Source: a virus
Virus record (IMG/VR): IMGVR_UViG_3300042154_002686
Coordinates: 1 to 64,000 of that record
Strand: one strand, 5' to 3'
DNA length: 64,000 bases
Shown: one piece after another, positions 47,114 through 56,496 of the stretch
How the letters are laid out: each line of letters begins with the position of its first letter
Numbering within the stretch: the stretch's first letter is position 1
Made by a program: the position numbers and the translations under genes
The notes under the pieces: model-generated
The model's database searches: none
What the model was told of the DNA's origin: nothing
Seen by the model: only the letters and a program-made list of their open reading frames with translations

Positions 47114-47242
47114 GACGAGACGGGAGAGGCGAAAGCCTCTCTCTTTTTGTCTGCGGGTAGGTCTGATACTGCATAAAATCAAGCAACGAATTTTCTGGTA
47201 TTCTACCGTGGATGCCGTAGTGTCATGGTCTCCCACCCAGCC

Positions 47243-47437
47243 ATGAACAAGACCAACCCAGAAGCCCGCCTCCGCCACATCGAAACCGTCCGTGCCCTGC
47301 GTCTCGCCCACGCCCGACACATGGCGAACTTCGACCGATACGCTCGCCTTGAAATGTTTGAGGCCGCACAGTATTGGCTCGGTCGGGCCAGCGAGGCCCA
47401 CAAGCAACTCCTCGACCTTGGAGAGATTGCCATCTAA
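47243..47437 (+). CDS. cassette ORF
   Basis: cassette architecture. Confidence 0.65.
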   Translation: MNKTNPEARLRHIETVRALRLAHARHMANFDRYARLEMFEAAQYWLGRASEAHKQLLDLGEIAI

Positions 47438-47567
47438 TCGATGGTCAGACCCAACGAGAGCCTTCGGGCTCTCTTTTTTTCTCTACGAGGGTAGGTCTGC
47501 TGGTGCGTAAATTTCGCCAGCGATTGTCGTTTACTTTTGGCACGGGATGACCACATTCATCTTTGCC

Positions 47568-47768
47568 ATGACGCACTCCTCCTCCCCCGCAACGACCGCC
47601 ACCAAGACCGACTGGGACAACCTCCCCCTCGGTGAAAACCTGTCCCACCTCTGCGGAGGTCGGAACAAGCACCCCCGCCTCGCCTCCGAGGTCGAGACCC
47701 AGACGAAGGACGACACGGTTCGCCCCTTCACTGCGAGCGAACTCCTCGGGGATGTTAGCATCGGCTAA
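47568..47768 (+). CDS. cassette ORF, paralogue of 43336-43530
   Basis: KTDWDNLPLGENLSHLCGGRNKH. Confidence 0.7.
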   Translation: MTHSSSPATTATKTDWDNLPLGENLSHLCGGRNKHPRLASEVETQTKDDTVRPFTASELLGDVSIG

Positions 47769-47900
47769 CCCCCGATGTTAGTTCTCAAACAAGAGCCTTC
47801 GGGCTCTTTTTTTGTCCCTGCGGATAGGTCTGTCTGTGGGTAAAATTCGACAAAGATTTTTGTTGTATCGGACGAGGAAAGCCCCCAGACTGTCGGAGTA

Positions 47901-48113
47901 ATGAAACTCCTCGCAACCGACATGACCCACAACGACATTCAAATTGCCAAGAACGCAACGATGGATGCCTTCGACACCCTCGAAGCCATCAAGTGCAAGT
48001 ATCCCGCCCTCGGGGAAGAGTGGGACAGCATCATCGCTGTCCAGCGTTTGCTGGTGAACCACACAATTGCTCTCTCCAATCTTGAAAACGCTCGAAACGG
48101 TTTGAAGCAGTAA
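47901..48113 (+). CDS. cassette ORF
   Basis: cassette architecture. Confidence 0.7.
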   Translation: MKLLATDMTHNDIQIAKNATMDAFDTLEAIKCKYPALGEEWDSIIAVQRLLVNHTIALSNLENARNGLKQ

Positions 48114-48245
48114 GAACAAGCGAGCCCCAAGTGGGGCTCTCTTTTTGTCTGCGAGGGTAGGTCCGAGACTGCGTAAAAATCGCCAGCGATTGTTATCGAT
48201 TTTTTTGAAAAACAGTCCATGGTTGTAGTCGCACCAACGCAACCC

Positions 48246-48455
48246 ATGATTAATCCCAATGCCGAGTTACTCCTCCACCTGTTCGCCAGCCAGAGCCTTC
48301 CCCTGCTCCAATGGACTGCTCGCAAGCGACAGAACTCCCTCTACATGCTGACCGTAAGGCAGGACATTACGGTAGACCAGCATATGAACTACATGGACAA
48401 TCTTGACGAAGTTGTAGCCTTCGTTCACGAATACGACCCGCCCTCGGTCAAGTGA
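48246..48455 (+). CDS. cassette ORF
   Basis: cassette architecture. Confidence 0.65.
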   Translation: MINPNAELLLHLFASQSLPLLQWTARKRQNSLYMLTVRQDITVDQHMNYMDNLDEVVAFVHEYDPPSVK

Positions 48456-48597
48456 GGGAAAGGTCTAATCGCCCCCTCACGGGGGCTTTTTATTTAGACC
48501 CCGAGGTAGGTCTGGCAATTGACCGAACGCTCATAAAATGGTGCTCGCTTTTTATGCGTTGGTGGTTCACAGTGTTGGAGTAATCAATAACCCTCCC

Positions 48598-48735
48598 ATG
48601 CATAACATCATCTCGTTCACCTCCGAAGAGTCCCTCGCCAAGTTCCTCTCGAACTTTGACATTACCACGAACCGCTTCACGGTCGAACAGACCTCGAAGA
48701 ACGGTTTCCTCCTCACCTTCTACCCGAGCATCTAA
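48598..48735 (+). CDS. cassette ORF, 45 aa
   Basis: cassette architecture. Confidence 0.6.
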   Translation: MHNIISFTSEESLAKFLSNFDITTNRFTVEQTSKNGFLLTFYPSI

Positions 48736-48909
48736 CCCACCCGAAAGGGCTCACCTCTACGGGGGTGGGCTCTTTTATTTTCTACGAGGGTAGGTGCGGA
48801 GGTGCGTGAAATTCGGCACACTTTTTTCTGGTATTTCGAGGTCTGTGTGCTACTGTGATGTCGCACTCAGCAACACCCACCCACACCCCCACCCACCACC
48901 ACCACCACC

Positions 48910-49161
48910 ATGTTCGTCTACACCGAAGAATACGCCCGCCAGCAGTCCGAAGCCCGCTCCGAGGCCATCCGTGCCCGTGCGGAATACGAGAAGACCGTCA
49001 CCCGCCAGAACGCCATGGCCGAGGCGTGGGATGCGGTCGAGAAGGCCGAGGACGACTGCCGCAAGGCCAAGGGCACGGTCGCCCGCAAGGAGGCCAAGAA
49101 GGCTCTGGCTTACGCTGACTGGGTCTGGAAGACCATGAACGACCCCAAGTTCAAGGTGTAA
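48910..49161 (+). CDS. cassette ORF (helical)
   Basis: cassette architecture. Confidence 0.7.
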   Translation: MFVYTEEYARQQSEARSEAIRARAEYEKTVTRQNAMAEAWDAVEKAEDDCRKAKGTVARKEAKKALAYADWVWKTMNDPKFKV

Positions 49162-49266
49162 TCCCAAACGAGCCCCTCACGGGGCTTTTTTGTGCCCTCT
49201 GCGGGTAGGTCTGGCGAGCCGCCATTTTGTTGTTGCTTTGCGGGCTGGTTGTGTCACTCTCTTCTT

Positions 49267-49400
49267 ATCGCTCCTGCGATATCAGTCTAATCGGTCTTCC
49301 CAGCAGTTAGTAGCCACTAACTCTAAGGCGGACACTGCTGGGATACGCCTCCCGATAGACTAACATAAGACCACCCCTTCGGGGGTGGCAGTTTGTTTTT
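49267..49400 (+). ncRNA. structured non-coding RNA cassette
   Basis: GTAGG motif, TTGCTT-16-CACTCT promoter and terminator but no ATG; nested stems and a possible pseudoknot. Confidence 0.7.
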
Positions 49401-49407
49401 GTGACTA

Positions 49408-49440
49408 GTGAACATTTGTTCACCATGAACATTTGTTCAC
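49408..49440. promoter_or_regulatory. tandem TGAACATTTGTTCAC palindromes
   Basis: seen directly. Confidence 0.7.
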
Positions 49441-49520
49441 CCTGCGGGTAGGCAACTTATACGACCGAACGCTCATAAGATAAAACTCGCACAAGCCCCC
49501 CGCCATGCTACTCTGATGAC

Positions 49521-49769
49521 ATGGAAATTACTCCACGCCAGCAGGGGCACGAAGCCGCCCGCTTTAACGAAGAAAACGAGCCGTATTTCGGCCCGCAGGA
49601 TGACGGGTGCTACGGCACTGTCCCGACCGACCGCCCTGCCCGCCGCCCAAGGGTGGCAAAGCGGCCCCAGACCTTCGTGGAGGACACCACGCACCCGAGG
49701 GGCACGAAGGCGTGGTATCTCCTCAATAAGGGCTGGCATGCCGCCCAGCACCGCCCATACTGGGACTAA
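49521..49769 (+). CDS. cassette ORF
   Basis: cassette architecture. Confidence 0.65.
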   Translation: MEITPRQQGHEAARFNEENEPYFGPQDDGCYGTVPTDRPARRPRVAKRPQTFVEDTTHPRGTKAWYLLNKGWHAAQHRPYWD

Positions 49770-49897
49770 GGGCGAAAGCCCTCCCGAGCCCCAAGGGGGG
49801 CTCTTTTTTTTACTACGAGGGTAGGTCGCACGAAGGGTCGAAAAAGAAAATTATGGTGTTGCATGAACCGATTTTTTAACCACATTCATAGTCGATT

Positions 49898-50092
49898 ATG
49901 AAACTCGTATTCCTCATTCAGCAACCGACCGAAGAAGGCGAACCCCTCTTCTGGTCTAACCTCGATGGCTGGGTCTCCAAGGACTGTGCCGACCGCTTCT
50001 CTGGCGAAGAGCAGTTGACCACCCCCTTGCCCGCTGGTGGCATCTGGGACTATACCACGGTCTGGTCTACTATCGACTTCCCCCAGTCGTAA
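49898..50092 (+). CDS. cassette ORF
   Basis: LFWSNLDGWV...LPAGGIW phage-type motif. Confidence 0.75.
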   Translation: MKLVFLIQQPTEEGEPLFWSNLDGWVSKDCADRFSGEEQLTTPLPAGGIWDYTTVWSTIDFPQS

Positions 50093-50216
50093 TCAGTCGG
50101 AAGCCCCTTCGGGGGCTTCTTTTTTGTCTACGAGGGTAGGTCTCTGATTGCGTAAATTTTGGCACAGAATGTTCTCGATTTTTGCCAAAGACCTGCGAGT
50201 ATGTATGCCTTCACCC

Positions 50217-50513
50217 ATGAGCAACCCAACCAAATACCCGAAGTTCCGACTCCTCCTCTCCAACTCCGACCTGTCCCCTCGGGCGGTCGCCCGCAAGGTC
50301 TGTGACCAGATGGCGAACCGCCTCGCTGGGGTCGGACTGGACGACCTGCCCGACACGGCTGGTCTCTGCAACGAGGTGGACGAGATGGAAAGCACCGTTG
50401 CCAACTGGGGCACGGAACGCAACCCCTCGGACGAGCAAATCAAAGCCCTCTACGATTGGGCGAAGGAGGCGGTCACGAACCTCCTCTATGAGGAAGGCTT
50501 CGAAGTGGAGTAA
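50217..50513 (+). CDS. acidic cassette ORF
   Basis: cassette architecture. Confidence 0.7.
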   Translation: MSNPTKYPKFRLLLSNSDLSPRAVARKVCDQMANRLAGVGLDDLPDTAGLCNEVDEMESTVANWGTERNPSDEQIKALYDWAKEAVTNLLYEEGFEVE

Positions 50514-50631
50514 CCCCAAACCAGCCCCTTCGGGGGCTTTTTTGTGCCCATCGAGGGTAGGTCGGACACTGCGTAAAAATCGGCAAAGATTTTTCTGGTT
50601 TTGGGGCAAAAGTGTGTTAGTGTGTTGGAGT

Positions 50632-50805
50632 ATGAAATACATCATCCTCAAGAACAGCAAAGAGTCGGCCCACTTCAACACGCTCGCCCCGTGGGCCGTC
50701 TACGACAACGACAACGGCCAGTTGGTCGCCAAGTTCACGACCCTCGCCAAGGCCAAGGCCATGGTGAACCAGTGGGCCGTCTACCTCGGGGGCGTGATTG
50801 GCTAA
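50632..50805 (+). CDS. cassette ORF
   Basis: leaderless; WAVYDNDNGQLVAKFTTLAKAKA. Confidence 0.7.
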   Translation: MKYIILKNSKESAHFNTLAPWAVYDNDNGQLVAKFTTLAKAKAMVNQWAVYLGGVIG

Positions 50806-50968
50806 CCGCCAGTCAGTCCTTCTCAAAGACCCTCACGGGTCTTTTTTTGTCACCACGGGGATAGGTCCGACGGTGCGTAAAATTGGGCAACGATTTTTCT
50901 GGTTTCTGGGACAAGGTGTGTTAGTGTCATGGAGTCGAAAGACACCCAACCCAAACACCCACACACAC

Positions 50969-51202
50969 ATGACCACGCAATCGTTCAACCACATGGAAGT
51001 CTTCACCTGTCGCATGGCTCTCCGCCTCGCCTCCGAGAGCAAGGGCAAGATGCACCTCACGAACCCCGTGCTGGTTCGCAGGACTGCCACCCGCCTCCTC
51101 ACGGCCATCGGGGTGCAGGGCATCACGAACCGCACCCGCTGGGAGACCCTGCACCAGACCTTCGAGGCGACCTTCGGGGTTCAGATTGACGAGCAGAAGT
51201 AA
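50969..51202 (+). CDS. cassette ORF
   Basis: GTCGAAAGAC leader; cassette architecture. Confidence 0.7.
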   Translation: MTTQSFNHMEVFTCRMALRLASESKGKMHLTNPVLVRRTATRLLTAIGVQGITNRTRWETLHQTFEATFGVQIDEQK

Positions 51203-51324
51203 GAAGAACGGAGCCCCTGCGGGGGCTCTTTTTTTTGACCCACGGGTTAGGTCAGTTAATTGACCGAACCGCCATAAAAATAGACCTCGACAAACGGCAT
51301 GGATTGCCCCATCTTGTTTGAACG

Positions 51325-51522
51325 ATGAACACGCAATACATCAGCAACTACGACCTCTACCTCATGGCCTTCAATGCGGAGCAGGAGGCGAAGCAGGAAC
51401 TCGAAAATGCGGAATACGCCTTGAGGGTCTACACCGAGAAGGTTCGCCTCGCCAAGCAGGAGGTCAATGAGGCTCGGGCTGAACGATGGAAGGCGGAAGC
51501 GAGGTTCGTTGCCCACGGATAA
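51325..51522 (+). CDS. cassette ORF (coiled coil)
   Basis: cassette architecture. Confidence 0.7.
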   Translation: MNTQYISNYDLYLMAFNAEQEAKQELENAEYALRVYTEKVRLAKQEVNEARAERWKAEARFVAHG

Positions 51523-51649
51523 GTGGGTAACCACCAACGAGAGCCTTCGGGCTCTCTTTTTTTGCCCACGGGGGTAGGACTCTCAATTGACCGAACGCTC
51601 GTAAAATAGACCTTGTATTTCGGTCGAACCATGGTAGAGTGATTGAGTA

Positions 51650-51859
51650 ATGAATACCACCGACCTCCAGACCATGAACAAGAAGGAACTCGAAACCCTC
51701 ATCGGAACGCTCACCACGCTCCAGCAAGCCCTCGTCTACCAAGGCGAGAAGTGGACGGCAGTCCACTATACCAAACTCATCATTGCCGAGCAACTCGGAT
51801 GGGTCAAGGTCGATGCCAAGAACATCGATGGCTGGAAGACGAGCGAGTGGTTCAAGTGA
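51650..51859 (+). CDS. cassette ORF
   Basis: cassette architecture. Confidence 0.7.
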   Translation: MNTTDLQTMNKKELETLIGTLTTLQQALVYQGEKWTAVHYTKLIIAEQLGWVKVDAKNIDGWKTSEWFK

Positions 51860-52001
51860 GCCACGAAAGCCACGGTCTCGTAATACGGAACGCCCCCCGA
51901 TGGGGGCTTTCTTTTTGTCTACGAGGGTAGGCATGTTAATTGACCGAACTTTCATAAAGAATGTTATTGAAAATTTTAAAAATTGGTCTACATTAGCGTC
52001 T

Positions 52002-52136
52002 ATGAAATCCAAGCCCTCCCTCATTCAGATTATGGCTTCCGTCCGCAAGGTCGGGGGTCGCCCTTCGGTCGCCCTCGCCTCTAAAAAGTCGAAGGCTCGC
52101 AATGACCGAACCTCTTGGAAGCGAGACCAAGAGTAA
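52002..52136 (+). CDS. basic 44-aa peptide, paralogue of 61394-61534
   Basis: IMASVRKVGGRPS...KKSKARNDRTSWK. Confidence 0.7.
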   Translation: MKSKPSLIQIMASVRKVGGRPSVALASKKSKARNDRTSWKRDQE

Positions 52137-52281
52137 TCCCAATCGGGAGGCTACGGCCTCCCTTTTTTGTGCCCCGTGGGGGTAGGCCGTTGGGTGCGTA
52201 AAAATCGGCAGTCTTTTTTCTGGTATTTGGTCGGGGATGTGGTAGTGTCATGGAGTCGAAAGACACCAAACACCAAAACAT

Positions 52282-52515
52282 ATGCACCCCGCCCCCCAAG
52301 ACTGCAACCCGCCCGAACTGTTCCTCTACTCCGCCACTCGGACTTACCTCCGCTTGGAAGCGAATACGGACGGTCGAATGAAGATGAGCAAAGCGGCTCG
52401 TCCGAACGCCCTGCTCCTGCTCGAAGTTCACGCTGGCGTGAAACTCGGGAAGCGAGTCAGCCCGAAGGAACTCTACGAAAAGTTCAACGAAGCCTTCGGC
52501 AAATACCTTCCGTAA
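52282..52515 (+). CDS. cassette ORF
   Basis: cassette architecture. Confidence 0.7.
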   Translation: MHPAPQDCNPPELFLYSATRTYLRLEANTDGRMKMSKAARPNALLLLEVHAGVKLGKRVSPKELYEKFNEAFGKYLP

Positions 52516-52665
52516 GGAAGGGGCGAAGGGAGACCCCACGGGGTCTCTTTTTTTGCCCACGGGTAGGCATGTTATATGACCGAACGCTCGTAAAGATTTT
52601 TCTGGTATTCTGGGAGAACTGTGGTAGTGTAGTGGAGTCGAAAGACACCAAACCCAAAAAAACAA

Positions 52666-52848
52666 ATGAGCCCGTCCACCCAAGCAATCGTCAATCAGTT
52701 CAACGCCCTTGCGGAAAAGCACCCCGAAGAGGCAAGAATGGTTCGCTTCCGCAACCACCTCCTTGCCCCCCGAATGGATGCCTCCGATGGGGTCATCAAA
52801 GGCTTCTGGCTGATGATGGTCACCGAACTCCGACAGGCGGTCAAGTAA
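52666..52848 (+). CDS. cassette ORF
   Basis: cassette architecture. Confidence 0.7.
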   Translation: MSPSTQAIVNQFNALAEKHPEEARMVRFRNHLLAPRMDASDGVIKGFWLMMVTELRQAVK

Positions 52849-52961
52849 ACCAGACAGGGCTCACCTCTACGGGGGTGGGCTCTTTTATTTGATGCGGGGG
52901 TAGGTATGTGAAGGGCTCAAATAGTGCTTTACTTTGGACGAAGAACTGTCATCTTACTTCT

Positions 52962-53252
52962 ATGGCAACCACCACTACCCCCATCTGGGACAAACTCATC
53001 GCAACTGCGGATTACAAGCGAGTCCGTGAAAAGACCCACGGCCTCGTCCATGAGGTCTTTATGACCGCCCACGGTTGGGCTGAAGCCCGTGGTGCTACTC
53101 ATACCCTTTACTGTGGCGAGGGCAACGGTCGGGGCATCCGACCCGCCAAACTTGGCAAAACCTTCATGTGGGTCGGGGTGGACGAGACCCCCACGGTGGA
53201 CGGCACGGACTCCCGCATCGTTTGGGAGAAGTGGGATATCAAGCACCTCTAA
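52962..53252 (+). CDS. cassette ORF
   Basis: cassette architecture. Confidence 0.75.
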   Translation: MATTTTPIWDKLIATADYKRVREKTHGLVHEVFMTAHGWAEARGATHTLYCGEGNGRGIRPAKLGKTFMWVGVDETPTVDGTDSRIVWEKWDIKHL

Positions 53253-53345
53253 CGAGGGCTTGCCCCACGGGTAGGTCTGTGGGTGGCTAAAATTAGACAA
53301 AGAATTTTCTTGTAAAAACCCCAAAACTACCCATGATGATAGTCG

Positions 53346-53543
53346 ATGATTACAAAACGCATCACGATTAAAAACCGAGCCACCACGGCTTTCAAGGCCA
53401 ACGGCATTATGGACAATCTCTTCGACACCCTTACGGGTATTGAGGGGATGACTAATAAGGAGAGGGCTGACCTGCTTCGGCAGGTCGCCACCCTTGCCGA
53501 AAATTGGGCGAACGAGGTCGAAGAGATGCCCGAAGACAAGTAA
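53346..53543 (+). CDS. cassette ORF
   Basis: cassette architecture. Confidence 0.7.
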   Translation: MITKRITIKNRATTAFKANGIMDNLFDTLTGIEGMTNKERADLLRQVATLAENWANEVEEMPEDK

Positions 53544-53668
53544 ACCGCAAGGGCTCACAGGGAAACCTGTGGGCTCTTTTATTTAGTGCAGGGGTAGGTT
53601 TCCTTGTGGGTAAATTTCGGCACAGATTGTTATTGTGTTTTGGGAGAAATGCCTCATTGTTGTCCTTG

Positions 53669-53944
53669 ATGAATAACTACTACCACCTCCGCAACCTGTC
53701 GGTCGTCTACCACAACCAGATGCTCGTCCCTCGCACGAACGCCAAGACCGAGGCTACTCGCCTCGCCCTCCTGTCGGCCATCGATGAGGAAATGAACGCT
53801 CTCTTCGACAACCAGACGACCCCCAACATGCAGACCAAGGCCGCAGTCATCCGTGCCTCCACCAAGGTTAAGGTTGCCACCCGCCACTTCTTCGAAGCGA
53901 AGGATGCGGACGACACCCACGAACCGACCTTCAAAGTCATCTAA
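53669..53944 (+). CDS. cassette ORF
   Basis: cassette architecture. Confidence 0.7.
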   Translation: MNNYYHLRNLSVVYHNQMLVPRTNAKTEATRLALLSAIDEEMNALFDNQTTPNMQTKAAVIRASTKVKVATRHFFEAKDADDTHEPTFKVI

Positions 53945-54071
53945 TCAGAAAGGGGTGTCCAGAAATGGGCATCCCTTCTTTGTGCCCTGCGGGGGTAGGT
54001 CTCTCAATTGACCGAAAATAGTCGATTAATTTTCTTGTAAATTGAGCCATGCCATGCACAATGACTCTCGT

Positions 54072-54212
54072 ATGATTACTAAAAGCATTGTCGAAACATT
54101 CACCGAAGTCCTCGCCATGACGATGGGCTTTGCGGCTCTCGCCCTCCTCTGCGTGGACGCAACCCAAGAATACCAGAGGCGTAAGCGGTTGAAGGGACGC
54201 AAGGGGCTTTAA
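54072..54212 (+). CDS. 46-aa membrane peptide
   Basis: MITKSIVETFTEVLAMTMGFAALALLCVDATQEYQRRKRLKGRKGL. Confidence 0.55.
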   Translation: MITKSIVETFTEVLAMTMGFAALALLCVDATQEYQRRKRLKGRKGL

Positions 54213-54337
54213 GCCCTTTGACCCCGAGGGTAGGCCCGTTGGTGCGTAAAATTAGACAAAGATTTTGCTGGTATTTGCCAGAGATTAGTGTAGAGTAGTG
54301 GAGTCGAAAGACACCAAACACCAACCCACCCAAACAC

Positions 54338-54592
54338 ATGAGCATCATCCAGATTGACGGCTTCGAGCAACTCCAAATCTTCGCCTGTTCCCAAGCATTG
54401 GACATGGCGAGCAAGCACAAGTTGTTCGTCACCCGCCCCGAAAACATCCGTGGCACAGCCCTCCATTGGCTTGCCAAGTGTGGCAACCCCCAGAAGCCCC
54501 GTGCTTCTTGGAAGACCCTCGCCAAGGAGTTTGAGTTTACCTTCGGGGAACTCATCCAGATGAAGAAGGAACGCAAGGAAGCGACCGAGTAA
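54338..54592 (+). CDS. cassette ORF
   Basis: cassette architecture. Confidence 0.7.
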   Translation: MSIIQIDGFEQLQIFACSQALDMASKHKLFVTRPENIRGTALHWLAKCGNPQKPRASWKTLAKEFEFTFGELIQMKKERKEATE

Positions 54593-54717
54593 TCGGTCAG
54601 CCCTCCACCCGAAAGGGTGTGGGGCTTTTTTGTGCCCCGAGGGTAGGCAGGTTATGATGCCAATCATTCATAAAATGTTCTTGTATTTTTAGAAAAACAG
54701 TCTACTATGTATGGACG

Positions 54718-54963
54718 ATGAACCCAAACACTACTAATCACGAAGACCTCGAACTCCTCCGCTCGGCTATCCTCCACCAAGCCGACAATTGGGCATGGGC
54801 TACCCGCCAATACAATGCGGTCAAGGCTGGCAAGGCGGGGCATGGCGGTGGCTATCCTCTGGAAGATTGGGAACGCACCCTCCGAGCCGCAGAGGTCGGC
54901 CTTGCCGAGGCTGTTGACGCATACGCCAAGGCTTTCAACAAATACGAAGGCCGAGCGGTCTAA
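54718..54963 (+). CDS. cassette ORF
   Basis: cassette architecture. Confidence 0.7.
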   Translation: MNPNTTNHEDLELLRSAILHQADNWAWATRQYNAVKAGKAGHGGGYPLEDWERTLRAAEVGLAEAVDAYAKAFNKYEGRAV

Positions 54964-55111
54964 ATCTGGTAATCGCCTCCACCCTGTCGGGTGGGGGCTT
55001 TTGCTTGCTACGGGGGTAGGCTTCTTAATTGACCGAACGCTCCATTAAATAATTCATTTTGGTCTGGTATTCTGACCAGAATAGTCTACTGTGTTGGTCT
55101 TCCCACCGCCC

Positions 55112-55489
55112 ATGAATAACATCCTCAACGCCCTCGCCGCCCTCGCCCAAGCCCGCACCGTCATCCGCACGGCATACGAGCCCAAGGCTATCCACTTCGC
55201 CCATGAGGAGTCCTGCCTCCGCAATGTGGTCAAGGCTCACGAAAGCCACATCTCCGCCTGTGCCAAGGCCAAGGCTGATGCTGGCTACGAGGTCGGCAAG
55301 TCCAGCAAATACACCGTCAAGCGTAAGGGTGAGGCTTACGAGAAAGCCATGGCTGACCTTGATGACGCTCGGGGGGCTTTCTTCAAGTTCAAGCAGGATG
55401 AGGCGTTTGCCCTTCATTGGCTCGCCCCCAAGCCCGCCCTCTCTGGCGACAGCACCCGCAACCCCGCTTGGTATTGGGCGGGTCGCTGA
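55112..55489 (+). CDS. cassette ORF
   Basis: cassette architecture. Confidence 0.7.
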   Translation: MNNILNALAALAQARTVIRTAYEPKAIHFAHEESCLRNVVKAHESHISACAKAKADAGYEVGKSSKYTVKRKGEAYEKAMADLDDARGAFFKFKQDEAFALHWLAPKPALSGDSTRNPAWYWAGR

Positions 55490-55513
55490 TGCGACCCCTC
55501 AACCCTTACCTCT

Positions 55514-55624
55514 ATGACCATCGACAACGCTGAAATTGAGTTCCTGTTGAGCCTTGTGGCTCTCATGGCAAAGGGCTTCCTCGCCCTGCTCGTCTTCATT
55601 TTCATCATCCTTATGCGGAAGTAA
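55514..55624 (+). CDS. 36-aa single-TM peptide
   Basis: MTIDNAEIEFLLSLVALMAKGFLALLVFIFIILMRK. Confidence 0.5.
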   Translation: MTIDNAEIEFLLSLVALMAKGFLALLVFIFIILMRK

Positions 55625-55749
55625 TAACACCGCTTAAAGTCTCTAACCAAACAGAGACAATGCACGGTAGGCTTGTTAATTGACCGAAGATAGTCGTAAG
55701 TATGTATCGAATTTTGGAAAAAACCTGTCAGTCTGTATGTCCTTCACCC

Positions 55750-55974
55750 ATGAACAACCAAATCAAAGAGTTCCGAACATTCAAGGTCACCAACATCCGC
55801 TGGGACGGAGACGGAGACGACACCAGCCACCTGCCGACCGCCAAAATCGTCAAGGTCGGTTCTAATGCCGAAATCACGATGGACGAGATTGAGGAGTTCG
55901 TTTGCAACATGCTGTCGAACGAAGAGGGTTGGCTTGTGACCAGTTTCCAGATTGAGGAGCGTTTCCAGAAGTAA
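55750..55974 (+). CDS. cassette ORF
   Basis: VTNIRWD...LPT...LSNEEGWLVTSF phage-type motif. Confidence 0.75.
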   Translation: MNNQIKEFRTFKVTNIRWDGDGDDTSHLPTAKIVKVGSNAEITMDEIEEFVCNMLSNEEGWLVTSFQIEERFQK

Positions 55975-56100
55975 TGACAAACGCCCCCTTCGGGGGGCTT
56001 CTTTGTTTAGAACGGGGGTAGGTATTGAAGACTACCAAATTAAGAAAATAGTAATCGACTTTTTAAAATAACATGTCACTCTGTATGCCTTCCCACTAAT

Positions 56101-56379
56101 ATGTTCCCACGCAATACTGACCCCACCCGTTCCGACCTCATCGACTTCATTCAGACCATTCCATGCCTCGCAGGTGAGGAGGGTCTAAACGACAGTATTG
56201 AGTTCGCTATCCATGCCTTCGCCACGGAAAACTACAACGGACAGTTCTCCAACCTGTATGCCGTCATCTGTGCCTCCCCTGTCCGTTCCTTCGACACCAT
56301 CGACAGGGACTGGCTGGAAGCGAACGACCATACGGCTTGCTACATCTACGATAGCATCAATTCCGAGTTCGCTTGTTAG
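56101..56379 (+). CDS. cassette ORF
   Basis: cassette architecture. Confidence 0.75.
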   Translation: MFPRNTDPTRSDLIDFIQTIPCLAGEEGLNDSIEFAIHAFATENYNGQFSNLYAVICASPVRSFDTIDRDWLEANDHTACYIYDSINSEFAC

Positions 56380-56496
56380 TCCACGCTGGGGGGATGCTTA
56401 ACGCATCCCTTTGGTGCGGGGGTAGGCTCGGTAATTGACCGAACTTTCATAAAGATTTTGCTCGGCAAGCGACCATCTTTCTGCATGATACTAAAC

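Noticed and set aside
49263-49370. TCTTAT/ATAAGA closing stem (retron-like a1/a2) around the RNA cassette
   Set aside because: Only 6 bp and the left arm mostly lies upstream of the predicted +1 at 49267; no RT gene is nearby.
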